Positions 28,781-37,365 of a DNA stretch of 64,000 nucleotides are shown one piece after another. The stretch covers positions 80,910 to 144,909 of the forward strand of contig NHBO02000064.1 in assembly GCA_002167845.2 (NCBI GenBank). The letters are read 5' to 3'. The position numbers and the translations under genes were made by a program. Every line of letters begins with the position of its first letter. Within the stretch, counting starts at the first letter, position 1. Under the pieces are notes generated by a model that was given only the letters and a program-made list of their open reading frames with translations, had not been told where the DNA came from and ran no database searches. This stretch comes from Phycisphaera sp. TMED9. GTDB lineage: Bacteria > Planctomycetota > Phycisphaerae > Phycisphaerales > SM1A02.

Positions 28781-29404
28781 ATGACCGCCTTGAACGCGAA
28801 CCCGAGCACCGGTCCACTGAAGGCTCCGCTCTCCAGAGCGAAGGTCGGCATGGCCTGCCTGATCTTCATGGAGAGCGCCTTCTTCAGCGCCTTCCTGGTG
28901 ACCTATCTCTATTACATCGGGAAGAGTCCCGATGGCCCGCAGCCGCTCGAATGTCTCGAACTGAATCTGGTTCTGATCAACAGCGTCTGCCTTCTCAGTT
29001 CGAGCGTCACCGTGGTCCTCGCGGTCAGATCGCTCGCCCGCGGCGCGATGGGTGCGTTCCGGCTCTGGCTGGCCGTGACCATTCTCCTCGGCCTGGAGTT
29101 CCTTCTCGGTACGGGATACGAGTGGTGGGGGCTCATCGAGGACAAGGGGCTGACGATTCAATCGAACGCCTTTGGAACCAACTTCTACTCCCTCGTCGGA
29201 TTCCATGCGTTCCACGTCTTCGTCGGACTCGTGCTGCTGATCGGGGTGTTCATTCTCTCGCTCTTCGGCTGCATCAATCCGAAACGGGATCATCAGCGGG
29301 TCGATGTCGCCACCTGGTACTGGCACTTCGTGGATGTGGTCTGGATCCTGGTCTTCACCCTCGTCTACATCGTCGGGCGTGTCCCGCAGGGGGCCGCAGC
29401 ATGA
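28781..29404 (+). CDS. ctaE: Cytochrome c oxidase subunit III, copy 1
   Basis: 'FYSLVGFHAFHVFVG' and 'TWYWHFVDVVWILVF'. ATG 28781 follows 'gagg'; the ORF-track GTG is at 28775. Confidence 0.9.
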   Translation: MTALNANPSTGPLKAPLSRAKVGMACLIFMESAFFSAFLVTYLYYIGKSPDGPQPLECLELNLVLINSVCLLSSSVTVVLAVRSLARGAMGAFRLWLAVTILLGLEFLLGTGYEWWGLIEDKGLTIQSNAFGTNFYSLVGFHAFHVFVGLVLLIGVFILSLFGCINPKRDHQRVDVATWYWHFVDVVWILVFTLVYIVGRVPQGAAA

Positions 29405-30270
29405 CGACGCCTGAAGAGAAGACCAAGGCCGAGCAGTTGGCTGAACGAGCGGAACTCGCGCCACGCGAGCCATTGGAGATGCCGTATCTCCGTGCAATCC
29501 CACAGCCGACGCCGTGGCCGATCCTCGCCGCCTTCGGTGTGACCTTCATCTTCGCCGGACTGGTCACCAACTGGGTGGTGAGCGTGGTTGGCGCCGCCTT
29601 CGCGCTGGTCGGCATCATCGGTTGGTTTCGAGAGGTCTTCCCGCACGAGAATGTCGAGGCCATTCCGGTCGCGGACTGCGAAGCGGTGCTCCCGCCTCCG
29701 GTCTTCGAGCCGCGTCCGGCGAAGTCACCCCGGAACGTGGTTCCGGAGGAGATTCATCCCTACCGCAGTGGTCTGAAGGGCGCGGTGGCCGGTGCCGTCG
29801 CGATGGCGGTGGTCGCCGCGGGTTGGGGGCTGATCGACGAAGGCAGCCTCTGGATGCCCATCAATCTTCTCGCCGGCACCGTGCTTCCATCGGTGGGCGA
29901 GGCGACGCTCGAACAGCTTCGGCTCTTCAACGGGGTCTGGTTCGCGACCGCGGTGGCGGTGCACGTCTGTCTGAGTCTCGCGGTCGGCATGGTCTTCGTG
30001 GTCTCGCTTCCGATGATGCCCCGCAGGCCGCTGCTGGCCGGCGGCCTGATTGCGCCGATCATCTGGACGGGTATCGCCTGGGCCACGCTGCGGGTGGTCA
30101 ACCCGACTCTCGAACAGTACATCTCGTGGCCATGGTTCCTTGGAAGTCAGATCGCGTTCGGGCTCGCGTGCGCCATGGTGATCGCCCGGTCCACGAAGGT
30201 CCGACTGCATATCGGTCGTTCCTTCGAAGATCGAATGGGCTTCGAACAGACCGAGGGAGATGAATCTTGA
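29401..30270 (+). CDS. Unknown polytopic (~6 TM) membrane protein embedded between ctaE and the cytochrome bc genes
   Basis: ATG 29401 overlaps the ctaE stop (ATGA). Hydrophobic helices include 'WPILAAFGVTFIFAGLVTNWVVSVVGAAFALVGIIGWF'. No motif I recognise. Confidence 0.7.
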   Translation: MTTPEEKTKAEQLAERAELAPREPLEMPYLRAIPQPTPWPILAAFGVTFIFAGLVTNWVVSVVGAAFALVGIIGWFREVFPHENVEAIPVADCEAVLPPPVFEPRPAKSPRNVVPEEIHPYRSGLKGAVAGAVAMAVVAAGWGLIDEGSLWMPINLLAGTVLPSVGEATLEQLRLFNGVWFATAVAVHVCLSLAVGMVFVVSLPMMPRRPLLAGGLIAPIIWTGIAWATLRVVNPTLEQYISWPWFLGSQIAFGLACAMVIARSTKVRLHIGRSFEDRMGFEQTEGDES

Positions 30271-31082
30271 TCCGGTCCGAATCCAATCATCTTCGTCGGC
30301 GGTTCCTCGCCCCCGCGAGCCTTCGTCTCGCGATCGCGGCCGCTGCGGCGATGGGATTCGTCGGTTGTGACCGGCTGCCCGGAAAACCGCCGCCGAATCC
30401 GGCGCCGGTCATCTCGGTCGCAACCACGGCGGGCTTCGAGGGCATGTGGGCGGAACGCTGTTCGGGGTGCCATGGTGCGGACGGGCAGATGGGTGCCGGG
30501 TTCCCGATGCGGAATGCCGAATATCTCAAGGCGGTTCCGGATGCGGCGATGTTCTCGATCATTCGCGACGGTGTACCCAGCAGTCGAATGCCGGGATTCG
30601 GAGGCGATGCGATCGGTGGGGTCTCGGACGAGACCATCCGGGATTTCATCAAGGGAATGCATGTGACCTGGGCCGAGAGCGACCCCTCGAATGATTCACG
30701 GGGCATCGCGTGGCGTCCGACGGGCGCTGCGGGAGATCTCGACCGGGGGGCCACGATCTTCGCGGCGAAGTGCGCCGCGTGCCATCCTGCCGAACAGGTC
30801 GCGCCGACGCAGAAGGGAATGGCGATCGATGAGTTGGTCGCGGGCAGCGTGACCGATCCCTTCTACCTTCGATTGGTGAGTGACCAGCATCTGCGATCGA
30901 ACATCGTGTTCGGTCGCAAGGATCTGGGAATGCCGGGAGCCGCCGGGCCGTTCCGCGGACCGGATGGTGGGGAAGTCACGACGCCTCTGGAGGCCGCCGA
31001 CGTCGCCGACCTCGTGGCGTTCCTGGCCTCGAAGCGCAATACCTGGCCGTCGGGACCGGAAGTGGAGGATGGTGCACCATGA
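30267..31082 (+). CDS. Dihaem c-type cytochrome lipoprotein (QcrC-like position)
   Basis: Two haem-binding motifs, 'CSGCHG' and 'CAACHP'. Lipobox-like 'AAAMGFVGC'. The TTG start overlaps the upstream stop. Confidence 0.85.
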   Translation: MIRSESNHLRRRFLAPASLRLAIAAAAAMGFVGCDRLPGKPPPNPAPVISVATTAGFEGMWAERCSGCHGADGQMGAGFPMRNAEYLKAVPDAAMFSIIRDGVPSSRMPGFGGDAIGGVSDETIRDFIKGMHVTWAESDPSNDSRGIAWRPTGAAGDLDRGATIFAAKCAACHPAEQVAPTQKGMAIDELVAGSVTDPFYLRLVSDQHLRSNIVFGRKDLGMPGAAGPFRGPDGGEVTTPLEAADVADLVAFLASKRNTWPSGPEVEDGAP

Positions 31083-31663
31083 GTGAACGACCCAGCGAAG
31101 AATCAACCGGCGTCGATTCCGCTTCCGCGAATTCATCGGAAGCCGATGGTTGCGAGGGATGCGAAGCCGCCAAGGGTGGGGGGCGTCGCGGATTCCTCTT
31201 CGCCGCCGGCACCACCCTGCTCACCGTGGGCGGTGGGCTCGCGGCAGTACCGATCGTCGGGGTCGCCATCGGACCGGCGGAGGCCGGCGATCCGAATCGC
31301 TGGATCTCGCTCGGCAAGGCGACGGATTTCAAGATCGGTGAGACGGTCCTGGTCAAGTTCACGAATCCCTGGGATTCACCGACCGACGGCGACACCAACG
31401 AGAACGTCTGTTACGTGCGGTGCATCGACCATGCGACCTTCCAGGTCTTCGCAGTGACCTGCGCCCACCTTGGTTGTCCGGTCGAGTGGTTCGCCCAGTC
31501 GCGACTCTTCATGTGTCCGTGTCATGGCGGCGTCTACTATGAGGATGGGGCCCGGGCCTCGGGGCCGCCGCCTCGCGGCCTGTACGAATACGTCTGGCGG
31601 GTCGAGGACGGCAGCTTTGAAATCCTGGGCGGTCGTCTGCCCGGTCTTCAGGAGAGCACCTGA
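31079..31663 (+). CDS. Rieske [2Fe-2S] protein (QcrA/PetC-like) with a Tat signal
   Basis: 'CAHLGCPV' and 'CPCHGGVY'. Twin-arginine 'GGRRGFLFAAG'. Confidence 0.9.
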   Translation: MSERPSEESTGVDSASANSSEADGCEGCEAAKGGGRRGFLFAAGTTLLTVGGGLAAVPIVGVAIGPAEAGDPNRWISLGKATDFKIGETVLVKFTNPWDSPTDGDTNENVCYVRCIDHATFQVFAVTCAHLGCPVEWFAQSRLFMCPCHGGVYYEDGARASGPPPRGLYEYVWRVEDGSFEILGGRLPGLQEST

Positions 31664-31664
31664 C

Positions 31665-33200
31665 ATGAAGAGTTCAGGTGTCATTGGACGAACCCTCGGG
31701 TGGGTCGACGATCGGACCGGTCTGGTCGCGGTCACCGAGCACGCGATGTTCCACAAGGTTCCGCGGAGCGCCAAGTGGTGGTACGTCTTCGGCAGTGCCA
31801 CGCTGATGTTCTTCATCGTGCAGTTGGTGACCGGCGTTCTGCTGACGACCCTCTTCGTGCCGAGCGCGGCCGAGGCGTATCAGAGCCTCGTCTACATCGA
31901 CGAGAAGATTCCCATGGGATGGATGCTCCGCGCCCTTCACGGCTGGAGCTCGAACGCCATGTGCATCATGATGTTGATCCACATGACGCAGATCTTCCTG
32001 CACGGGACGTACAAGTACCCGCGGGAATTGACCTGGGTCGCGGGCGTCGCCTTGTGCGTCACCACGCTCGGTCTCGCGTTCACCGGTCAGATCATGCGCT
32101 GGGATGCCAACGCCTACTGGGGCCTCGGCATCGGTGCCGCGATCGTGGACCGGGTCCCGCTGATCGGGAACTGGTTGCGGTCGGTGGTTCTCGGTGGTCC
32201 GGACATCTCCGGTGCGACGCTCAGTCGATTCTTCGCATTGCACGTCTTCATCCTCCCCGGCACGGCGATCGGGCTGATCGGGCTGCACTTGATCCTCGTT
32301 CTCAAGGGTGGCATCAGCGAGATGCCCAAGGTCGGCCAGCCCGTCGAGCCCGAGACCTACCGCGAGGAATACGAAGGCCGGGTCAAGAAGACCGGCGTAC
32401 CGTTCTTCCCCGATGCGGCACGACGCGACATGGTCTTCTGCGGTGCGGCATTGATCGGATTGATCGGCCTCGCCGCCTGGTATGGCCCCTTCGGGCCCGG
32501 GCCGCTTCCGAGTCCGACGATCATCGAGGTCGCTCCGCGTCCGGACGGCCTCTTCCTCTGGTTGTTCGCGGTGCTCGCATTGCTTCCGCCGGACACCGAG
32601 ACGTTCCTGATCCTGGTCGGGCCACCGGTGGGAATCGCCTTCCTCGCCGCACTTCCATTCATCTCTCCGCGCGGTGAACGAGCGCCGTCTCGACGCCCGA
32701 TCTCCGTGATCATCCTCTGCATCATCGTGACCGCGCTGGCGGTTCTGACCTGGCTTGGTGAGACGTCCCCCTGGAGTCCGGTGATGAAGGCGTGGACGTC
32801 CATACCCACGCCGGTGGAGTACGTTCGCGGCCGGTCTCCACTGGAACTTCAAGGTGCGATTCAGCTGCAGTACGCGCAGTGTCGGAACTGTCATTCCATC
32901 GGTGGGGAGGGTGGTGAACGAGGCCCGGCCCTCGATGACGTGGCGACTCGCTTGAATTGGGATCAACTGGTACGGCAGATCCAACAGGGTGGAGGCAACA
33001 TGCCCGCCTACGGCAAGAACCTCAGCAGTGCGGAGACGGAGGCGCTGGTCGCCTTCCTCTCGACGCTGGATGGAGGCCACCTTCCGGCACGCATACCGGG
33101 TGCCATGGAACGCCAGCCCGGTCGGGATCAATCACCCACCGCCGATCCTCGCGCGGAAGGCGAATCCGACGCAGACGCGGACACCGTTGCCGCACGCTGA
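31665..33200 (+). CDS. Cytochrome b (b6 plus subunit-IV-like, fused) with a C-terminal monohaem cytochrome c domain
   Basis: Haem-b histidine helices 'LIHMTQIFLHG' and 'FFALHVFILPGTAIGLIGLHL'. C-terminal 'CRNCHSIGGEG...GGNMPAY'. Confidence 0.9.
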   Translation: MKSSGVIGRTLGWVDDRTGLVAVTEHAMFHKVPRSAKWWYVFGSATLMFFIVQLVTGVLLTTLFVPSAAEAYQSLVYIDEKIPMGWMLRALHGWSSNAMCIMMLIHMTQIFLHGTYKYPRELTWVAGVALCVTTLGLAFTGQIMRWDANAYWGLGIGAAIVDRVPLIGNWLRSVVLGGPDISGATLSRFFALHVFILPGTAIGLIGLHLILVLKGGISEMPKVGQPVEPETYREEYEGRVKKTGVPFFPDAARRDMVFCGAALIGLIGLAAWYGPFGPGPLPSPTIIEVAPRPDGLFLWLFAVLALLPPDTETFLILVGPPVGIAFLAALPFISPRGERAPSRRPISVIILCIIVTALAVLTWLGETSPWSPVMKAWTSIPTPVEYVRGRSPLELQGAIQLQYAQCRNCHSIGGEGGERGPALDDVATRLNWDQLVRQIQQGGGNMPAYGKNLSSAETEALVAFLSTLDGGHLPARIPGAMERQPGRDQSPTADPRAEGESDADADTVAAR

Positions 33201-33218
33201 CCGGAGGCGAAGCTCCTC

Positions 33219-35531
33219 ATGATCCTCGGCGTGGCCACTTCGGTCGAATTGCTCGGAGCCGCCGTTTCGGGCGCGCCCTGGACCGCGGTGGCGGCCTTGG
33301 TTTCAGTCTCCGTGTACTTCGTCGGTCGACGCCGGCTCCTGCGTGGAGGCCGTCGCACCGCCGCCAGATTTCCAGTCTGGAGACAGCTGTCGTTCGTGCT
33401 CGGTTGGGTCGGGCTTCTCGTCGCGGTGGCGACCCCGCTGGATGCGGCGGCCGAACGATCCCTGTCGGCGCACATGATCCAGCACATGCTGCTCGCCCTG
33501 GTGGTTCCGCCGCTCTGGTGGTTCGGCACTCCGGCGATGCCGATGTTGATGGGACTTCCTCGTTCGTGGCGGTCGGGCGTGCTGGGGCCGATCTTCGCGG
33601 CGCCGTGGTTTCGGGCGGTGCTGCGACGGGTGGTTCACCCGGTGGTCGGATGGGTGTTGATGGCCGCGACGACCTTGGGCTGGCATGTGCCGGCGGCCTA
33701 CGAACTGGCGATTCAGAATCCAACCTGGCATCTCGTCGAGCACGTGAGCATGCTGGGGGCCGGACTTCTGTTCTGGCTTCCCGTCGTCGCGCCGTTCCCG
33801 TACCGGTCGCCCTGGCCGCGAATCGCGTTGGTTCCCTATCTGGTCTCGGCGGATCTGGTGAACACCGTGGTGAGCGCATCGCTCGCTTTCGCCGACGCGC
33901 CGGTCTACTCGTGGTACGAAAAACTCGCGGCGGCCCGAGGGTTCGATGCGGTGCTCGATCAGCAGCTCGCCGCGGGTTTGATGTGGGTTCCGGGAAACCT
34001 GGTCTATCTGATTCCCGCGATGGTGATCACCGCGCGTTGGATGCTGGGAATCCGACCGAAGTCGCATGGTCACGCTGGAGAGGCGCGGCCGAAATCGATC
34101 TCGCTCCCCGTGCTCTCCCCGGCACGAGATCGGGGTGATCTCCTCCGGACGCCGGTGGTCGGTCGACTGCTTCGCTCTTCGGCCTTCCGGCTTGGAGTCC
34201 GACTGGCGACGCTCGCGGGCGCGGTGTTGATCGTCATCGACGGAATGCTCGGGATCGACGAGGCGCCGATGAATCTGGCGGGCACGCTTCCCTGGACGCA
34301 CTGGCGGGGGGTCACGGTGGTCTTGTTGGTCGTGCTTGGAAACGTGGCCTGTTTCGCGTGTCCCTTGATCGCGCCACGTTCCGTGCTCCGGCGCTGGATC
34401 TCGCCCCGGTGGCGTTGGCCGAAACGACTTCGATCGAAGTGGTTGGCCGTCGGCCTCGTGGTCATCTGGCTGGTCGCGTACGAGGCGTTCGATCTCTGGG
34501 CGAGTCCGGTCGCGACCGCCGTCCTGCTGGTGGGACTCGTGGCCGTCGCGACCGTCGTCGATCTCGTGTTCGAGGGCGCCTCCTTCTGTCGATATGTCTG
34601 TCCGGTCGGGCAGTATCAGATGGCGGTCTCGACGATCTCTCCCCGAACGGTCGTCGCGATGGATGTGGATCGGTGTGCGACCTGTGCCACGAAGGATTGT
34701 CTGACGGGAGGCCCCGGCGGACCGGGCTGTGGTCTCGACCTCCTGCTTCCGAGCAAGTCCGGCAATCTTGATTGCACGTTCTGTCTGGACTGCGTGAGCG
34801 CCTGCCCGCATGACAATGTCGGACTGGTTCGTCAGGTTCCCGGGAGAGATCTTGCGGAAGCGGGCTGGCGCAGCGGCATCGGTCGCCTGTCAAGACGTCT
34901 TGACTTCGGGGCGCTGCTCGCGGTGCTGGCCATCGGAGGCATCGTCAATGCGGCGGGCATGACCGGGCCGGTGGTCGAAGTGCTGGAGCAGTTCTCCGGT
35001 GGAGGTTCGGGAACGTTGGTGCAAGCGGCGTTCGTGATCGTCTCGATCCTCGTCGGCCTCGCCGTCTTGACGCTGGCGGCGATCGGTGATTCGTCGGCGC
35101 CACGAAAAGAGCGACTGACCCGGGCCGGGTTGGCGATCGCCCCGCTCGGCGCGGCGATGTGGGTGGTCCACTTCGGGTTCCATCTGGTCACCGGCTGGCC
35201 GACCGCGGAGGCATCGATGCTCCGAGTGGCGCACGACCTCGGTGTCAGCGAACGCCTGCCGGATCGGATCATGAGCTGTTGCGTGCCGCCACCGGACTGG
35301 ATGTTGCCGGCCGAGTTGCTCGTGCTCTCACTCGGCGTCGCGGGAAGCCTCGGAATCGCCTGGTGGGGGTGGCGTGCGATGGCGATTCAACGGAACGATC
35401 GGCCGACTCCGGCGACGATCACTCGTCGCTGGATCCCTTCGGCGATGGTGTTCATCACCTTGTGGGCGGTGACCGCCTGGATCGTGTTCCAGCCGATGGA
35501 GATGCGAGGCACGTCGGGATTCATGCCATGA
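33219..35531 (+). CDS. Fusion protein: N-terminal Caa3_CtaG-type oxidase assembly factor plus a C-terminal CcoG/FixG-like polyferredoxin
   Basis: The N-half has 'SAHMIQHMLLALVVPPLWWFG' and 'WHLVEHVSMLGAGLLFW' (CtaG-like 7 TM). The C-half has 'CFACPL', 'FCRYVCPVGQYQ', 'CATCATKDC' and 'CTFCLDCVSACPHDN'. Confidence 0.85.
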   Translation: MILGVATSVELLGAAVSGAPWTAVAALVSVSVYFVGRRRLLRGGRRTAARFPVWRQLSFVLGWVGLLVAVATPLDAAAERSLSAHMIQHMLLALVVPPLWWFGTPAMPMLMGLPRSWRSGVLGPIFAAPWFRAVLRRVVHPVVGWVLMAATTLGWHVPAAYELAIQNPTWHLVEHVSMLGAGLLFWLPVVAPFPYRSPWPRIALVPYLVSADLVNTVVSASLAFADAPVYSWYEKLAAARGFDAVLDQQLAAGLMWVPGNLVYLIPAMVITARWMLGIRPKSHGHAGEARPKSISLPVLSPARDRGDLLRTPVVGRLLRSSAFRLGVRLATLAGAVLIVIDGMLGIDEAPMNLAGTLPWTHWRGVTVVLLVVLGNVACFACPLIAPRSVLRRWISPRWRWPKRLRSKWLAVGLVVIWLVAYEAFDLWASPVATAVLLVGLVAVATVVDLVFEGASFCRYVCPVGQYQMAVSTISPRTVVAMDVDRCATCATKDCLTGGPGGPGCGLDLLLPSKSGNLDCTFCLDCVSACPHDNVGLVRQVPGRDLAEAGWRSGIGRLSRRLDFGALLAVLAIGGIVNAAGMTGPVVEVLEQFSGGGSGTLVQAAFVIVSILVGLAVLTLAAIGDSSAPRKERLTRAGLAIAPLGAAMWVVHFGFHLVTGWPTAEASMLRVAHDLGVSERLPDRIMSCCVPPPDWMLPAELLVLSLGVAGSLGIAWWGWRAMAIQRNDRPTPATITRRWIPSAMVFITLWAVTAWIVFQPMEMRGTSGFMP

Positions 35532-36046
35532 CACGACCGAAGAGAAGAAACGATGGGGGGCGCAACCGTCGGTGGTGCCGGTGGTGCCGGTGGTACATGG
35601 TGCTGGCGTCGTTCCTGGCGATGCCGGTGAGTCAGGTGGAAGCCGATGGCGGCGTGGTGGTCTGGACCGGAACTCGATCGGAACGGCCGGCCGCGGTGGT
35701 GGTCTCGCCGCCTGCGCCGCGGGTCGGCGTGATCGAGATCGCCTGGGTCGGACCTCGCGATCCGGCGGCGGAAGCGATCGTCCGTCACGCCGGCGGAACG
35801 CGAATGCGTTCGGGGTTCGTGGATGCGCGGATCGACGGCGAGTTCAAGGCGTCGTTCGAGATCGCGGTGCCGGGCACGTGGTCCGTCGAGATCGATCCTG
35901 ACGGCGATGGTGTGGCGGTTCCGGTGCGCTTCGACATCGTCGTGGGAGGGCCGATTCCGGCGTGGCGATCACTCTGGTTGCCGCTCTTCGCCTGGGTCCC
36001 TCTGGTCGGGGTCGGTCTCTTGGCAGCGTGGCGGCGAGCGGTCTGA
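35528..36046 (+). CDS. Small bitopic membrane protein with a beta-rich central domain (in the FixH position downstream of the CcoG-like module)
   Basis: The ATG overlaps the upstream stop. N-terminus is 'RRWCRWCRWYMVLASFLAMPV', C-terminal TM is 'LWLPLFAWVPLVGVGLLAAW'. No recognisable motif. Confidence 0.6.
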   Translation: MTRPKRRNDGGRNRRWCRWCRWYMVLASFLAMPVSQVEADGGVVVWTGTRSERPAAVVVSPPAPRVGVIEIAWVGPRDPAAEAIVRHAGGTRMRSGFVDARIDGEFKASFEIAVPGTWSVEIDPDGDGVAVPVRFDIVVGGPIPAWRSLWLPLFAWVPLVGVGLLAAWRRAV

Positions 36047-36076
36047 CGCGATCGGTTCCCGAGCCCGAGTCCGGTC

Positions 36077-36691
36077 TCAGAGAACGCCTCGTTCTTCGAG
36101 GGCCGCGCGGATCTGCGGTGCGGTCTCTCGGGCATGATCGATCCTGACGGCATCCCATCCCGCGGCTCGAGCGGCGGCGATGTTCTCCGGCAGATCGTCG
36201 AAGAAGACGATGTCTTCTCCCGGCGTGCCGGTTTCGACTTCAAACGCCCGGTAGATGGCGGGGTCGGGCTTGTGGAGACCGAGCAGGTGCGAGGCGTGTC
36301 GTACGCCGAGCGCCTGGATGGCCGGCACCTCAAGCAGTGGGGCCCAGTGCGAGTGACTGGTGTTCGAGAGGCAGGCGGTCGCCAGGCCCGCGCGATGGAG
36401 CTCGTCGATCAGTTCCGCCGTCCCGGCGTACGGCTCGAGGATCCAGGCGTGATGGACTCGGGCGGCTTCTTCGGGTGACCAGAGTCCACCGAAAAGATCG
36501 CTCAACTCCTGAAAGAAGTCTTCGCAGTCCACGCGGCCGGTCTGATATCGAATGATCAGTTCGTTCTTTCGGTGATCATGGTCCGACGCCGGTCGATGCT
36601 CACGCTCTGGAACCCCCGCGGCGCGACAGCCTTCCGGCCAGGATCGGCAGATGCGGACGAGGACGCCGCCGAGATCGAAGCAGATCAGCAC
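36077..36691 (-). CDS. HAD-superfamily hydrolase
   Basis: 'MLICFDLGGVLV' (motif I variant), 'LSNTS' and 'VFFDDLPENI'. Confidence 0.8.
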   Translation of the reverse strand: MLICFDLGGVLVRICRSWPEGCRAAGVPEREHRPASDHDHRKNELIIRYQTGRVDCEDFFQELSDLFGGLWSPEEAARVHHAWILEPYAGTAELIDELHRAGLATACLSNTSHSHWAPLLEVPAIQALGVRHASHLLGLHKPDPAIYRAFEVETGTPGEDIVFFDDLPENIAAARAAGWDAVRIDHARETAPQIRAALEERGVL

Positions 36692-36745
36692 GCGAGAAGT
36701 CTCACTTGAATGACGAGGTGGGCGAGATCGATCATGCGTCGAACC

Positions 36746-37258
36746 TCAGCCGGCCTTTCGTTTCTCGGCTCGACGCCGGCGGAAGAACGCTTTCAGCAGT
36801 TCCGCGCACCGAGTCTCCTCGATGCCGCCGATCATCTCGACGCGATGGTTGAGCCGGCGGTCGCCGGGAATGTCGTAGAGCGAAGTGCAGGCGCCGGCCT
36901 TCGGGTCGAACGCGCCGTAGACCAGTCGTTTCAGTCGAGCATTGACCAGGGCGCCGGCGCACATCGGGCAGGGTTCCAGAGTCACTGCCATGCTGCAGCC
37001 TTCGAGTCGCCAGCTTCCGAGTCGATTTCCGGCTTCCCGCAAGGCGACCATTTCCGCATGGCCGGTCGGGTCGCAGCAGGTCTCGCGATTGTTGGCGGCT
37101 TCGCCGAGGATCTCTTCGCCGCGATAGACGACCGCACCCACCGGGACTTCGCCATTGGCGCCGGCGGCCCGGGCGAGTTCGATGGCTCGTTCCATCATCC
37201 GGACATCGACGTCGTCGACACCCGGATGGTCGTTGCATGCGATTCGAAGCCTGGACAT
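36746..37258 (-). CDS. tadA: tRNA adenosine(34) deaminase
   Basis: 'HAEMVALREAG' and 'TLEPCPMCAGAL'. The start is uncertain (ORF-track start 37369). Confidence 0.85.
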   Translation of the reverse strand: MSRLRIACNDHPGVDDVDVRMMERAIELARAAGANGEVPVGAVVYRGEEILGEAANNRETCCDPTGHAEMVALREAGNRLGSWRLEGCSMAVTLEPCPMCAGALVNARLKRLVYGAFDPKAGACTSLYDIPGDRRLNHRVEMIGGIEETRCAELLKAFFRRRRAEKRKAG

Positions 37259-37365
37259 CCAGCGTCTCCTGCGAACTCGGATTCGGCGAATCGTGTCGCC
37301 TGCACCGATGTCCCGAGTACCTCTCACGATGAATCCCCGGGCCGTTGCGGTCCGACGTCGCCACC

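Noticed and set aside
28132-30270. 712-aa ORF suggesting one large gene across ctaD, ctaE and the following gene
   Set aside because: Only the last 289 codons (from ATG 29401) look protein-like. The upstream part is an out-of-frame read through ctaD and ctaE, and is Arg/Pro/Ser-rich.
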